A stretch of DNA of 32,000 bases from Fastidiosibacter lacustris (GCF_003428155.1 NZ_QLIR01000012.1:1-32000); one strand, 5' to 3'; counted from the first letter of the stretch, positions 8,217 to 16,986 are shown. Made by a program: numbers and translations. The notes: generated by a model from the letters alone, not told the origin.

Positions 8217-9536
8217 TTGAAAGATAGTGCCTTTTTTTGCAATAAAAAATATATGACTGATAACAAATTGGTGCTGTATTTCTGTACTATTTTTTTAGCC
8301 ATTGCACTTTACATAGACCTGTCATCCTTGTATAAGGATAAAAAATATGAATTTTTCCAACAACAAGCTACAATAGATGAAAATTTACAGTATCTTCAAA
8401 GTGGTTATGTTCATCTAATTGATCAATTGACCGAAGCGATTGTACAGAATAAAAAGCAGAAAAATCCTTCTGAGGAAGTGATATTACAAACCATCAGAAA
8501 GTATTACGCGACTTTAGAAAAAATAAGTGCTGAATGGGTCAATATTGTCTGGTATGACGGAAATGATTCAATGTTTATTAATCAACTTGGAATTGCTAAT
8601 TATCGCAATAAAAGCAAGGTTAATAACCTTTTTAGTTACTGCAAACCTCTAATTTACTTAGATAATACTATTAATGGCAGAGTCTGTATTGAAGTTAGTT
8701 TCAACGCATTAGAAAATTACCTTTCAGCGTTATTGTCTGAGGATGTATTATTGTTTGAAGACCACTATGCGGTAGAAAGGCATTATGATAAGAAAGTTTT
8801 TACAATCCAATTTTTAAATAAAACAACGTGGGTATTAGTGCCTGATAAACCAATATTTTCGCAATTTAATATCGCAAAGTATGTTTATTTCTTTATCGGC
8901 AGTAGTATTGTGGTGCTGATAATTAGAAGACATAAACGTCAATTAATGCGTCAACACAAAAAGCATCAACGAGTTGTCAAAGCGTTTGCGGATGAAAAAG
9001 GATTGTATTGTCAATTATTGCAGTATCACCATGGTGCCAATTATTGTGATTTTATTGACCGATATAGGATTGATTCATTGGTTAACGCTTTTGATCAAGA
9101 GATACGTTCTTTGAATTTAAACGTTGTTACTTCTATTGATGAAGCGGTCTACCAACATCAATTTAATATTTTTGCATTGCAAACTTTGCTGTTGCATTTT
9201 ATAGGAGAAGCAATTTCTAATATACAGAAAAAGGGTGAAATTAGTATTAAGCTTGATGTGGAAAATGATAATTATATTCATTGTGTTTATTCTGATAATT
9301 GTTATGTTTTTGCTGAAGAAAACCGATTTAGTGGCAAAGAAGTGACGCAATCAGATTATTTTCATTACTTTAAACTCACTAATCAACAGATCATTTGCTT
9401 TATAGAAAAGCATTATATTGAAATTGTTACAGAAGTATCAAAGTATCAGGGAAAGCAGATACTGATAAAGTTACCTTTGAATCAAACGACCAAAGAATAT
9501 AATGTTGTAGCTATGTTTGATAAGGAAGAATTATGA
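8217..9536 (+). CDS. Two-TM membrane protein with a degenerate histidine-kinase-like C-terminal domain
   Basis: TM1 LVLYFCTIFLAIALYI, an extracytoplasmic segment, TM2 YVYFFIGSSIVVLIIRR, then LLHFIGEAISNIQKKGEISIKLDVENDNYIHCVYSDN, resembling an HK N-box/D-box region. Confidence 0.6.
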   Translation: MKDSAFFCNKKYMTDNKLVLYFCTIFLAIALYIDLSSLYKDKKYEFFQQQATIDENLQYLQSGYVHLIDQLTEAIVQNKKQKNPSEEVILQTIRKYYATLEKISAEWVNIVWYDGNDSMFINQLGIANYRNKSKVNNLFSYCKPLIYLDNTINGRVCIEVSFNALENYLSALLSEDVLLFEDHYAVERHYDKKVFTIQFLNKTTWVLVPDKPIFSQFNIAKYVYFFIGSSIVVLIIRRHKRQLMRQHKKHQRVVKAFADEKGLYCQLLQYHHGANYCDFIDRYRIDSLVNAFDQEIRSLNLNVVTSIDEAVYQHQFNIFALQTLLLHFIGEAISNIQKKGEISIKLDVENDNYIHCVYSDNCYVFAEENRFSGKEVTQSDYFHYFKLTNQQIICFIEKHYIEIVTEVSKYQGKQILIKLPLNQTTKEYNVVAMFDKEEL

Positions 9537-11899
9537 AGATGCTGCAAAAAGTACCAATAGTGCTATTTTTAATATTTAAAACTTTTTCGATTTGTTTTGC
9601 GGATATTGCTTTAATGGTAAATGTCCCGATGGCTAACAATCTGTTTGTTGGTAGAGATGATTATTTAACAAATATGCACACTTATTTATTAAAGCACAAC
9701 ATAATCACACTGTATGGCTCTGGTGGTATTGGTAAAACACAAATTGCAAAGCAGTATACTTATAGATATCACAATGATTATGAGATTGTGTGGTGGATTA
9801 AATCAAACGAAGATTTGACGAAACAGATTCAGTTGATGATAGAAAAATGGAATGAATCTGCTTCTGTTGAAAATAAGATCATCCTCAGCAAGCAAATTGA
9901 GGTTGATCTAAAACATCTTCAGGAAGTTATTCAATCATCTCAATATCATTGGCTGATTATTTTAGATGATTATGATAAAAATTTAATTGTATTAGAAAAA
10001 TTTGTTGCACAGATTGCTAAAATGGCTCAAGTTAAGCTAATTTTGACCAATCGTGACGGAACCGTAATTTTAGGTGATCATAAAATGAATATTAAGCAAT
10101 TTACTCGAAAGGAATCGTTGGAGTATTTAAAGCAATTTTCTAATCCAGAGAATAGGGATGATCTAATCAGTCATCAGATGTTGGCGGAATTACTTAGTGA
10201 TTATCCTTTGTCAATAGCGTCTGCTTTTGCCTACATAGAAACGTTGCCCATCACGGTGAAAGATTATATAGGATTATATAAGAGTTGTGTTGGTGATATT
10301 AAGAAAATAGAGGGAGATGTCGTTTCACGTCTTGGTAAAAACTATGTTGATCGGTATGGGATGACATTACAGACAACCGTTAACATTTCATTAGAAAAAA
10401 TAAGTCAAGATTATCCTTTGGCGATCGAGATATTAAAATTGATGACACTGGTTGATAATAAAAGCATTCCTGAAGATTTACTTCTGAACTATTTATCTAT
10501 TGATAAGGTAAAATATAGCGAGGCAATACATATTTTGATGGCATATGGTTTAATTGAGTATTCTGATAGTAAAGCATCTTTTAGATGTCATGATGAGCTT
10601 CATAGAGCGTTTAATTTTTACTTTGATGAGAATGAGTTAAAGTATTTATTGCCTAAGATTATTGCTAGTATTAATTCATTACTTTCAGAAGATATTTTCT
10701 ATCTAAATGTGTTTATAGCGAAGCAGCGAAGTTTTATTAAGCACATTGAGAAATTGTATCAGCATGCGCAACGGTTTGGCTTTGTTAATAATGAGTTAAT
10801 TCGATTAAAGACTAAACAATTGGAATTTGTACTGACTAATCAGCGAGATAAGCAAGCAGCAAATAAGGTGATAAATGAAATAACTCAGTTAATAGCGAAA
10901 CTTGAAGATCAGAAAAGTAAGGTAGATAGTTTGGTTAAGGCAAGATTTTTATTAATGCAGAGTACCTATACAGACTGGATGTTAGCAGATTATAAGCTTT
11001 CAACACAGCAAGCAAAAGAAGCTGAGTATTTAATTGAACAAATTCATTCGCAGTCGATTAATAGAGAAAAATTAATGTTGGCAACAAGACTGTCTCAGGT
11101 GTATGCATATCAGGGTGATTATAATAAAGCATTAATCTATGTTGCTAAAGGTGAAGATATTATTGCTAAAGATAAGTCAGCAAATATAGCTTTTTTAACC
11201 ATTTTAATGGCTTCAAAATCAATAGGTTATTACCATCAGGGAGATTTTAAAAAAGCGGCAGATATTGAAAAAACAGCTACCGAGTCGGCATCTTCTAATG
11301 ACAGTAATAACATGGTATATCAAAAAGGGAATGTGTTTGCCATTCCTTTATTACTTGATAAATATCGTATGATGATTAAGGCAAAAGAATCGCTAAACGA
11401 GAGTTTAACGAAATTAACTGAAATGGAACACGATATTATCTCATTTTATGGAGAGCATAATTATTTTCTGAATAAGCTGTATTTTGCTAAAGCAGATTGT
11501 CTTTTTGCACTGGGTGAGTTTACTGAAGCCAATATTTATATAGACAAAGTATTACCACATATTCAAGGTGATGATATATCGAATGCTAAAATTAACCCTA
11601 TTATTGTGATACAGGCAATTAAGCTAAAAGGCGATATACTGAGAAGCTTAGGCAATTATGTTGAAGCAGAGTCTTATTATCTGTACGCAGAAAGATTATC
11701 AAATAAATATTTCACCTATAAAGCAGTACAGGATATTAGTGATTTATATATCAGCATGGTTATCAACAAATTAGATAGATATGATATTCATGGCGCGTTA
11801 GCGTATAAACGCAAGCATGATAAGCTTTTTGGAAAGCAGCATTCGGGTTATTATAAAATTACTTTGTATTTAAAGGAAAAAAGCTCAGATGGACAGTAA
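9533..11899 (+). CDS. NB-ARC/STAND-type NTPase with a C-terminal helical repeat (TPR-like) region and a hydrophobic N-terminus
   Basis: NNLFVGRDDYLTNMHTYLLKHNIITLYGSGGIGKTQIAKQ (P-loop), WLIILDDYD (Walker B), AQVKLILTNRD, LLSDYPLSIASAFAYI (GLPL-like). Repeated AxxxxxxA helices in the C-terminal half. Overlaps the upstream ORF by ATGA. Confidence 0.85.
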   Translation: MKMLQKVPIVLFLIFKTFSICFADIALMVNVPMANNLFVGRDDYLTNMHTYLLKHNIITLYGSGGIGKTQIAKQYTYRYHNDYEIVWWIKSNEDLTKQIQLMIEKWNESASVENKIILSKQIEVDLKHLQEVIQSSQYHWLIILDDYDKNLIVLEKFVAQIAKMAQVKLILTNRDGTVILGDHKMNIKQFTRKESLEYLKQFSNPENRDDLISHQMLAELLSDYPLSIASAFAYIETLPITVKDYIGLYKSCVGDIKKIEGDVVSRLGKNYVDRYGMTLQTTVNISLEKISQDYPLAIEILKLMTLVDNKSIPEDLLLNYLSIDKVKYSEAIHILMAYGLIEYSDSKASFRCHDELHRAFNFYFDENELKYLLPKIIASINSLLSEDIFYLNVFIAKQRSFIKHIEKLYQHAQRFGFVNNELIRLKTKQLEFVLTNQRDKQAANKVINEITQLIAKLEDQKSKVDSLVKARFLLMQSTYTDWMLADYKLSTQQAKEAEYLIEQIHSQSINREKLMLATRLSQVYAYQGDYNKALIYVAKGEDIIAKDKSANIAFLTILMASKSIGYYHQGDFKKAADIEKTATESASSNDSNNMVYQKGNVFAIPLLLDKYRMMIKAKESLNESLTKLTEMEHDIISFYGEHNYFLNKLYFAKADCLFALGEFTEANIYIDKVLPHIQGDDISNAKINPIIVIQAIKLKGDILRSLGNYVEAESYYLYAERLSNKYFTYKAVQDISDLYISMVINKLDRYDIHGALAYKRKHDKLFGKQHSGYYKITLYLKEKSSDGQ

Positions 11900-11931
11900 T
11901 AGTGATTATTTAGCAGGTTTTTTTATACTAT

Positions 11932-12435
11932 TTAGAAATATTGCTTAATAATCCATTCTGCAAAAACCTGATCAGGTGAATTTAGTTTTTTTGAGAGAGA
12001 AAATTCATAAATTTCGCTGATGGCTTTTACAGAAGTTTTGGTATCTATAAAAGGAATATTTTTTTCTTTAACTATTTTGTCATAAACTTCGACACATTGT
12101 AAAAAATACTTTTTATGCCATTCTAATTTCAGGTCAATTTTGCTTGAGGTATCACGTAAAGATGGGAAAACTTGGTAGTTTAATTTTTCTTCTCCTATAA
12201 TTTCTTCAATAGAAACATGAAAAAATCTGGCTAATGGAATTAACGTTTGAACTTTGGGAATACCTCTAGCCATGGTAAGTTGATGCAGAGTATTTGGTAA
12301 AATACCTGTTGCATCAGCTAATTCGCTGATAGTAATACCTCTTTCGATAATGAGTCTTTTTAAAATGACGGCAAACTTTTTGGTGAGAGTGTTGACTTCA
12401 AGAGGTTTTATTTCAGGTTCTTTTTGTGCAGACAT
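11932..12435 (-). CDS. XRE/Cro-type helix-turn-helix regulator with a C-terminal extension
   Basis: LIIERGITISELADATGILPNTLHQLTMARGIPKVQTLIPLARFFHVSIEEIIGEE. Confidence 0.88.
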   Translation of the reverse strand: MSAQKEPEIKPLEVNTLTKKFAVILKRLIIERGITISELADATGILPNTLHQLTMARGIPKVQTLIPLARFFHVSIEEIIGEEKLNYQVFPSLRDTSSKIDLKLEWHKKYFLQCVEVYDKIVKEKNIPFIDTKTSVKAISEIYEFSLSKKLNSPDQVFAEWIIKQYF

Positions 12436-12911
12436 TATTTGAATATCTATATTTTATCATGAGCTATAAAATAGCAAAAAATGTGTTTAAAAACAAATTA
12501 AAAAGAATTATGCAAAAAAGTTGTTTACATACAAATTAATTGTTAATACAATAAATTAATGTTATTTTATAATTTGTTTAACTATTGATGTTTAAACTTA
12601 GAAGATGGGTTTCAACTTTGCTGATAAAATTTTAGCGGAAAAAGACTTATGTTATCTAGGCAGTAATTGAAAAGCATATCGTTTAGCCAGCATTGTTAAA
12701 GTTAAGATTTAATTAAATGACTAAAAATTTACAAGAAGGACTTCACCGAAAGTTTGGCGACTAGAGAGTGAAGCCCTAAGAAAGAACTGATCAAAGATCA
12801 GCAGGTCAATATTAGACGAGATTTGCTTATTCGTAAATAGGTCTATCCGATTCGCTTTTCTTTATTTCAGTCAAATGAACCTGTTTAACAACGAGAATAA
12901 AGGAGTGTTTT

Positions 12912-13094
12912 GTGCTAACAAAAAACATCCAGCTTCGTGCAAAGGTACATCGACCATTGCGTCAATATTGCCTGGATCACGATACAACGATTACGGATGC
13001 TATCAGTGAGATTGTTGGCAAGTATTTGATTAGCAAGGGTTATACGCTGGCTGATCCAAGAAAGTTAAGCGGTGATTTTAAACAGAGCAAATAA
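12912..13094 (+). CDS. Small ribbon-helix-helix-like protein (60 aa)
   Basis: IQLRAKVHRPLRQYCLDHDTTITDAISEIVGKYLISKG has a basic beta strand plus two-helix pattern like Arc/CopG/TraY-type proteins. An AAAGGAG-like RBS lies upstream. Confidence 0.55.
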   Translation: MLTKNIQLRAKVHRPLRQYCLDHDTTITDAISEIVGKYLISKGYTLADPRKLSGDFKQSK

Positions 13095-13230
13095 GTTTAT
13101 ATCCAGTTTTGAACTGGTCGGTTTATCACACCGTCAACCTGATCACTCTATAGCGGTCAGGTAAAAGTGAGCTTGCAATTATTAGCACTAACAATAATGC
13201 AAAAAATAGAACAACCGCTGTGATATGATG

Positions 13231-13334
13231 TTGGGAAAGTAACAAGTACCGTCAAATCAGCCTAAAGCGTTAAACGCGTGACTAAAGTCGAGGCTCATCT
13301 AGCAAGTTGCCCAAATGGAGTGGGGGATTTTTTT
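13231..13334 (+). ncRNA. Possible structured RNA or attenuator leader
   Basis: Extended -10 TGATATGAT at 13221-13229. Three-way junction: AGCCT(13259-13263)/AGGCT(13291-13295) enclosing GCGTtaaACGC and GACTaaAGTC. CCCA...TGGG hairpin and T7 at 13310-13334. Confidence 0.4.
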
Positions 13335-13413
13335 ATCATTAAATATATCAATGTGCATTGATTATATAGGCTCAGTGTTCATTAGTGTATTTAATGAAAA
13401 GGAGAGAGACAGG

Positions 13414-13734
13414 ATGATTTTAAAATTCAATAAATCAAAACTCAAGTTAATTCAGTCACATAAAACCTATACTGGAGCAAGTGAAGAATATAATAGTGAT
13501 AAGATCAATTGCAAAGCAAAAGAGCTAATGAATACCAATCCCAACATCACAAGACAAAGCGCTTATGATAAAGCCAGACAAATTTGCAACAAAGGCAAAA
13601 ATATAGGTAAAAAGATTAAGCTTGCTATTCATGACGAAACAGTGCGCAGCTTAGCACTTGCCTATAAGAGGACTAAGGGGATGTCAAATCGACAAGCTTA
13701 TCGTCAGGCATGTAGGCAGCTAGCAATAAATTGA
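13414..13734 (+). CDS. Small basic hypothetical protein (106 aa)
   Basis: RBS ggagagagacagg upstream of ATG 13414. MILKFNKSKLKLIQSHKTYTG...NITRQSAYDKARQICNKG...MSNRQAYRQACRQLAIN. The track start at 13315 is likely too long because it includes the candidate terminator. Confidence 0.55.
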   Translation: MILKFNKSKLKLIQSHKTYTGASEEYNSDKINCKAKELMNTNPNITRQSAYDKARQICNKGKNIGKKIKLAIHDETVRSLALAYKRTKGMSNRQAYRQACRQLAIN

Positions 13735-14133
13735 TAATTCTAAACAACTTTTAGCAAACACAAATATCCTTAACTAATTGTCCTTATAAATCGTATTTAG
13801 TGGGGGCTGACAACAATCAGGCACTTTAAGCTATTTGTGTTTGTAAAATTATAATATTAGGGAAGTTAATCAAGTCAATAAGGTCATTAAAGCCATTCAA
13901 TTAAGCACAGTTATTGTTTTTTACAAAAAACCATTTGATAGCGGTAGCTGTTCTTAATGTGGGGTTTTTGTTTTAAATCAAGAGGTCAATAATTATGGAC
14001 GGTGAAGACGTTACTGAAAGTGAAGAAGCAGAAAAAATTGAAATTGAGTTTAAAGCAGCTCAACAGCTGTTTGAGTAAGGCTATACTCTAAAAATTTAAA
14101 CACTCTACAGTGAGGTAATAAAGTGAGGTAATT

Positions 14134-14382
14134 ATGTCCAAATCATTAGATAAAGTGAAAAAAGGTTGGAAAACCTACCGCAAGTACGAAAATAAAGCAT
14201 CGGTACCGATTTTTCTGTTTTTTAAGCTTGTGTTGATTGTATCTGTTTTATTTTATGTGACCCCTAGCGCAAGTGATAAAAGCTATTTTATTGCGTTTGT
14301 TGTACTGGTTGTCGTGGTGATATCCTCATGTATTGGCGTATGGGTAAAAAAGAAAAATCAATATAATCGCAAGGATAAGTAG
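14134..14382 (+). CDS. Small two-TM membrane protein (82 aa)
   Basis: ATG with upstream gtgaggtaat. Hydrophobic segments VPIFLFFKLVLIVSVLFYV and YFIAFVVLVVVVISSCIGVWV. Confidence 0.55.
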   Translation: MSKSLDKVKKGWKTYRKYENKASVPIFLFFKLVLIVSVLFYVTPSASDKSYFIAFVVLVVVVISSCIGVWVKKKNQYNRKDK

Positions 14383-14487
14383 CAGCTAAGGTACAGTATT
14401 TACTGCGCTTATTTTCTTTATTTTTAAATATATTTTATTTTTTTAGTTTTTAGTTAATTCAATATTCATTCAATCTAAGGAATCATC

Positions 14488-15204
14488 ATGAGAATATTTA
14501 AACCTATTGGCTTTTGTCGTGCTATGCATAGGGTAGCAGTGATCTCGCTTTTTGCTTTTGGCAGTGTAACGATTCATCCGTTGTATGCGGCAAGCTATCG
14601 GCTGGAGCCAATTAATGATTTAAGCAGTTATTATCAAGCAAACGATCATCAAGATTATTATGGTGATGATCCTCATGGTAAAAATGATAAATCGTTTTTA
14701 GGTGGCACCTTTAATTACTCAATACCACAGGCATCATTAGCTCATTCAAGCAAAAGTAGCGGTCATTATGGTTTTGGTGTGTTTGGCGGACAGGCATTTT
14801 ATTTGAATCAAAAGAATCTATTGGGGTATCAAATTGGCTTAAATGCCAATGCCAAATCGAGTTTTGCACAATTTGGGACGTTAAACAGACAGGTCAACGT
14901 GTCATTGTATGATCTTTACCTGCTTGGACAATATCATTTTGCGGTTAGTAACACATTTTTAGTGGGAATATCGGTGGGGGCTGGGTACGTCTACGGTTGG
15001 GTTGAAAACAATCCAGCCATAGGCTACTTTGGTCGATTTGAACCGATTGTTGGGGCGCAAATGGCGTGGTCAATCACAAATCAGGTTGCGTTGAATGCAA
15101 GCTACTTGCATTACTTTGGTGTTGCTAGTGATCGAGCTTATCAGTCGCGTCAGGCTTCACCATCAATCGATCGCATCAGTATCGGGGTGAGTTATGTATT
15201 CTAA
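14488..15204 (+). CDS. Outer-membrane beta-barrel protein
   Basis: Signal-peptide-like N-terminus (...PLYAASY), alternating hydrophobic strands, and terminal SIGVSYVF ending in aromatic F, as in OM barrels. Confidence 0.7.
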   Translation: MRIFKPIGFCRAMHRVAVISLFAFGSVTIHPLYAASYRLEPINDLSSYYQANDHQDYYGDDPHGKNDKSFLGGTFNYSIPQASLAHSSKSSGHYGFGVFGGQAFYLNQKNLLGYQIGLNANAKSSFAQFGTLNRQVNVSLYDLYLLGQYHFAVSNTFLVGISVGAGYVYGWVENNPAIGYFGRFEPIVGAQMAWSITNQVALNASYLHYFGVASDRAYQSRQASPSIDRISIGVSYVF

Positions 15205-15502
15205 AAAGCATTCGATATTAGGCGATAGCAACTTACGTTGGCGGTGGATCTCATCGTTTATTGGTATTGCAATAGCGATTATGGTTTTAGTTTTTTTAAT
15301 GTTGATGACAGGCTGTGCCAGTCAAACCAAGCCGTTACCGATTTATAAACAAGTTGAAGTGCCAACGGTTAAAGCCTATCAGGAGAAAGTCAATCATGTA
15401 CAAAATTATGTGTATCGTGCAGATCATTCGGCACGTTTTAAGTCGTTAAGTGAATCAATGAGTGAAAAAAGAGGGGATATGAAGATGCAAATACAATTTT
15501 AA
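15194..15502 (+). CDS. Small lipoprotein
   Basis: Hydrophobic stretch followed by lipobox LMTGCASQTKP. Overlaps the end of the barrel gene. Confidence 0.6.
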   Translation: MYSKKHSILGDSNLRWRWISSFIGIAIAIMVLVFLMLMTGCASQTKPLPIYKQVEVPTVKAYQEKVNHVQNYVYRADHSARFKSLSESMSEKRGDMKMQIQF

Positions 15503-15600
15503 TCAGAAGCATCGATTATTCATTCAGACATTAAAGGTAATGAATTAGGTAGAAAAAAATAAACCAAAATTAAAAAATCAAACAAAGAGGATAAACCATT

Positions 15601-15975
15601 ATGAATCATCAAATTTTTAATCTTACAACCGAAATAGACGTAAAAACAAAAGCAGAGGCAGGAACAAAAAACAGCCAATGGCGTGTGTTTTCTCAGCACT
15701 TTATTGAACAGAGTAAATTATGGTTGGTAGCACTGTGTTTTGTCATGGTGGTGATGATGCTGATGACTGGATTCAGTTATGCTGGTAATAAGGAAATTAT
15801 AGTACAAATTGATACGGTGACAGGTCCTGCTTCCTGGATTCAGAAGATGTTTGCTGTAGGGGCATTAGTTTCTGGCTTGATTGTCATGTTTGTGCAAAAG
15901 CATATTGTGTTAGGTATTGGTATTATTGGTTCGGTGTGGGGTGCTTTAGCCGTTTATAACGCTGGTTTATTTTAA
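15601..15975 (+). CDS. traA: Putative F-type conjugative pilin (TraA-like)
   Basis: 124 aa with a long leader ending FSYA|GNKEI, two hydrophobic segments, immediately upstream of traL. Confidence 0.6.
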   Translation: MNHQIFNLTTEIDVKTKAEAGTKNSQWRVFSQHFIEQSKLWLVALCFVMVVMMLMTGFSYAGNKEIIVQIDTVTGPASWIQKMFAVGALVSGLIVMFVQKHIVLGIGIIGSVWGALAVYNAGLF

Positions 15976-15994
15976 CTGATCTTAACAAGAGGTA

Positions 15995-16309
15995 TTGAGG
16001 ATGGATCGCTCAGAACAAGGCGATTTTTATCGCGTATCTAAATTTCTGAATCAACCACGGCGTATTTTAGGCTGTACGATGGATGAGTTTATTCCTGCAT
16101 TTACAGCTATTTTGGTGGGCTTGTTTTTATCGTGGTTATTAAGCTCACTTATTTTTGCAGGCACGTGGGTGTTTACCATTAAATATCTCAAAAGCAAATA
16201 TGGCGCTTCCTTTTTAATGGTAGGGATTTATTGGTACACGAGCGCGACCATTTCACGCAACTTTTTCCCGAAAACGCCACCCTCTGACTATAAGTATTGG
16301 TTGAGTTAG
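15995..16309 (+). CDS. traL: F-type T4SS protein TraL
   Basis: FLNQPRRILGCTMDEFIPAFTAILVG...RNFFPKTPPSDYKYWL, followed by traE. Confidence 0.88.
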   Translation: MRMDRSEQGDFYRVSKFLNQPRRILGCTMDEFIPAFTAILVGLFLSWLLSSLIFAGTWVFTIKYLKSKYGASFLMVGIYWYTSATISRNFFPKTPPSDYKYWLS

Positions 16310-16404
16310 TTTGTTTGATTACGCTCATCTTTTTTATTTTTTAATTAGCGCATAACAACAGACATATTGAACAATAATTTTCTTGGGTATAACGAGGATA
16401 AGGC

Positions 16405-16986
16405 ATGGAATATCAACAGTATCAAGGTTCATTAGCACATTTTAAAAAAATGAACCGTTATTTAACCATTGTGCTTTTGGCAATGGCAGTGGCTTTAGTT
16501 GGGATGAGCATTGCAGTCTATCGTGCGATTGGACACAAATCAGTGGTATTGATGCCACCTGTTTTAACCCAGCAGATGACCATTTCAGATGTCATGCCTG
16601 ATGCGGCTTACTTGCAGCAAATGGGGTTGTTTTTGGTGAGTTTGCGTTTAAACATCACCCCAAGCAATATTGACAATCATTTTAAAACCTTTTTAACGCA
16701 TGTTAATTCAAGCATCTATGGACAAGTGTCAGTTGAATTAGATGAGGAAATCAAGGCGGTACAGCGTGGACGGATTACCTCAGCGTTTTACCCACGAGAA
16801 CAATTAATTAATCCGCATGACTTATCGGTCAAAATCACGGGGCGCTTGGATAAATATGTCGGTAATCGACAGATATCCAGTAAAGATCAAACGTATCTTT
16901 TAACTTTTGATTACAACCAAGGTCATCTATCTATCATTGATTATTATCGTTTAGAGAGTAATCAAGATAAGGCAACAAAAAAATAA
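16405..16986 (+). CDS. traE: F-type T4SS protein TraE
   Basis: N-terminal TM, 193 aa, VVLMPPVLTQQMTISDVMPDAAYLQQMGLF...FYPREQLINPHDLSVKITGRL, conserved gene order. Confidence 0.88.
   Translation: MEYQQYQGSLAHFKKMNRYLTIVLLAMAVALVGMSIAVYRAIGHKSVVLMPPVLTQQMTISDVMPDAAYLQQMGLFLVSLRLNITPSNIDNHFKTFLTHVNSSIYGQVSVELDEEIKAVQRGRITSAFYPREQLINPHDLSVKITGRLDKYVGNRQISSKDQTYLLTFDYNQGHLSIIDYYRLESNQDKATKK

Noticed and set aside
9117-9350. Minus-strand ORF of 77 aa
   Set aside because: Antisense within the kinase-like gene, AT-rich composition artefact.
13231-13334. Known ribozyme or riboswitch (hammerhead, twister, c-di-GMP, fluoride)
   Set aside because: The conserved cores of these classes, as I remember them, are not present; left as an unassigned structured candidate.
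13315-13413. Upstream extension of ORF 13315..13734
   Set aside because: The extension crosses the candidate hairpin and T7 tract. A better start with an RBS is at 13414.
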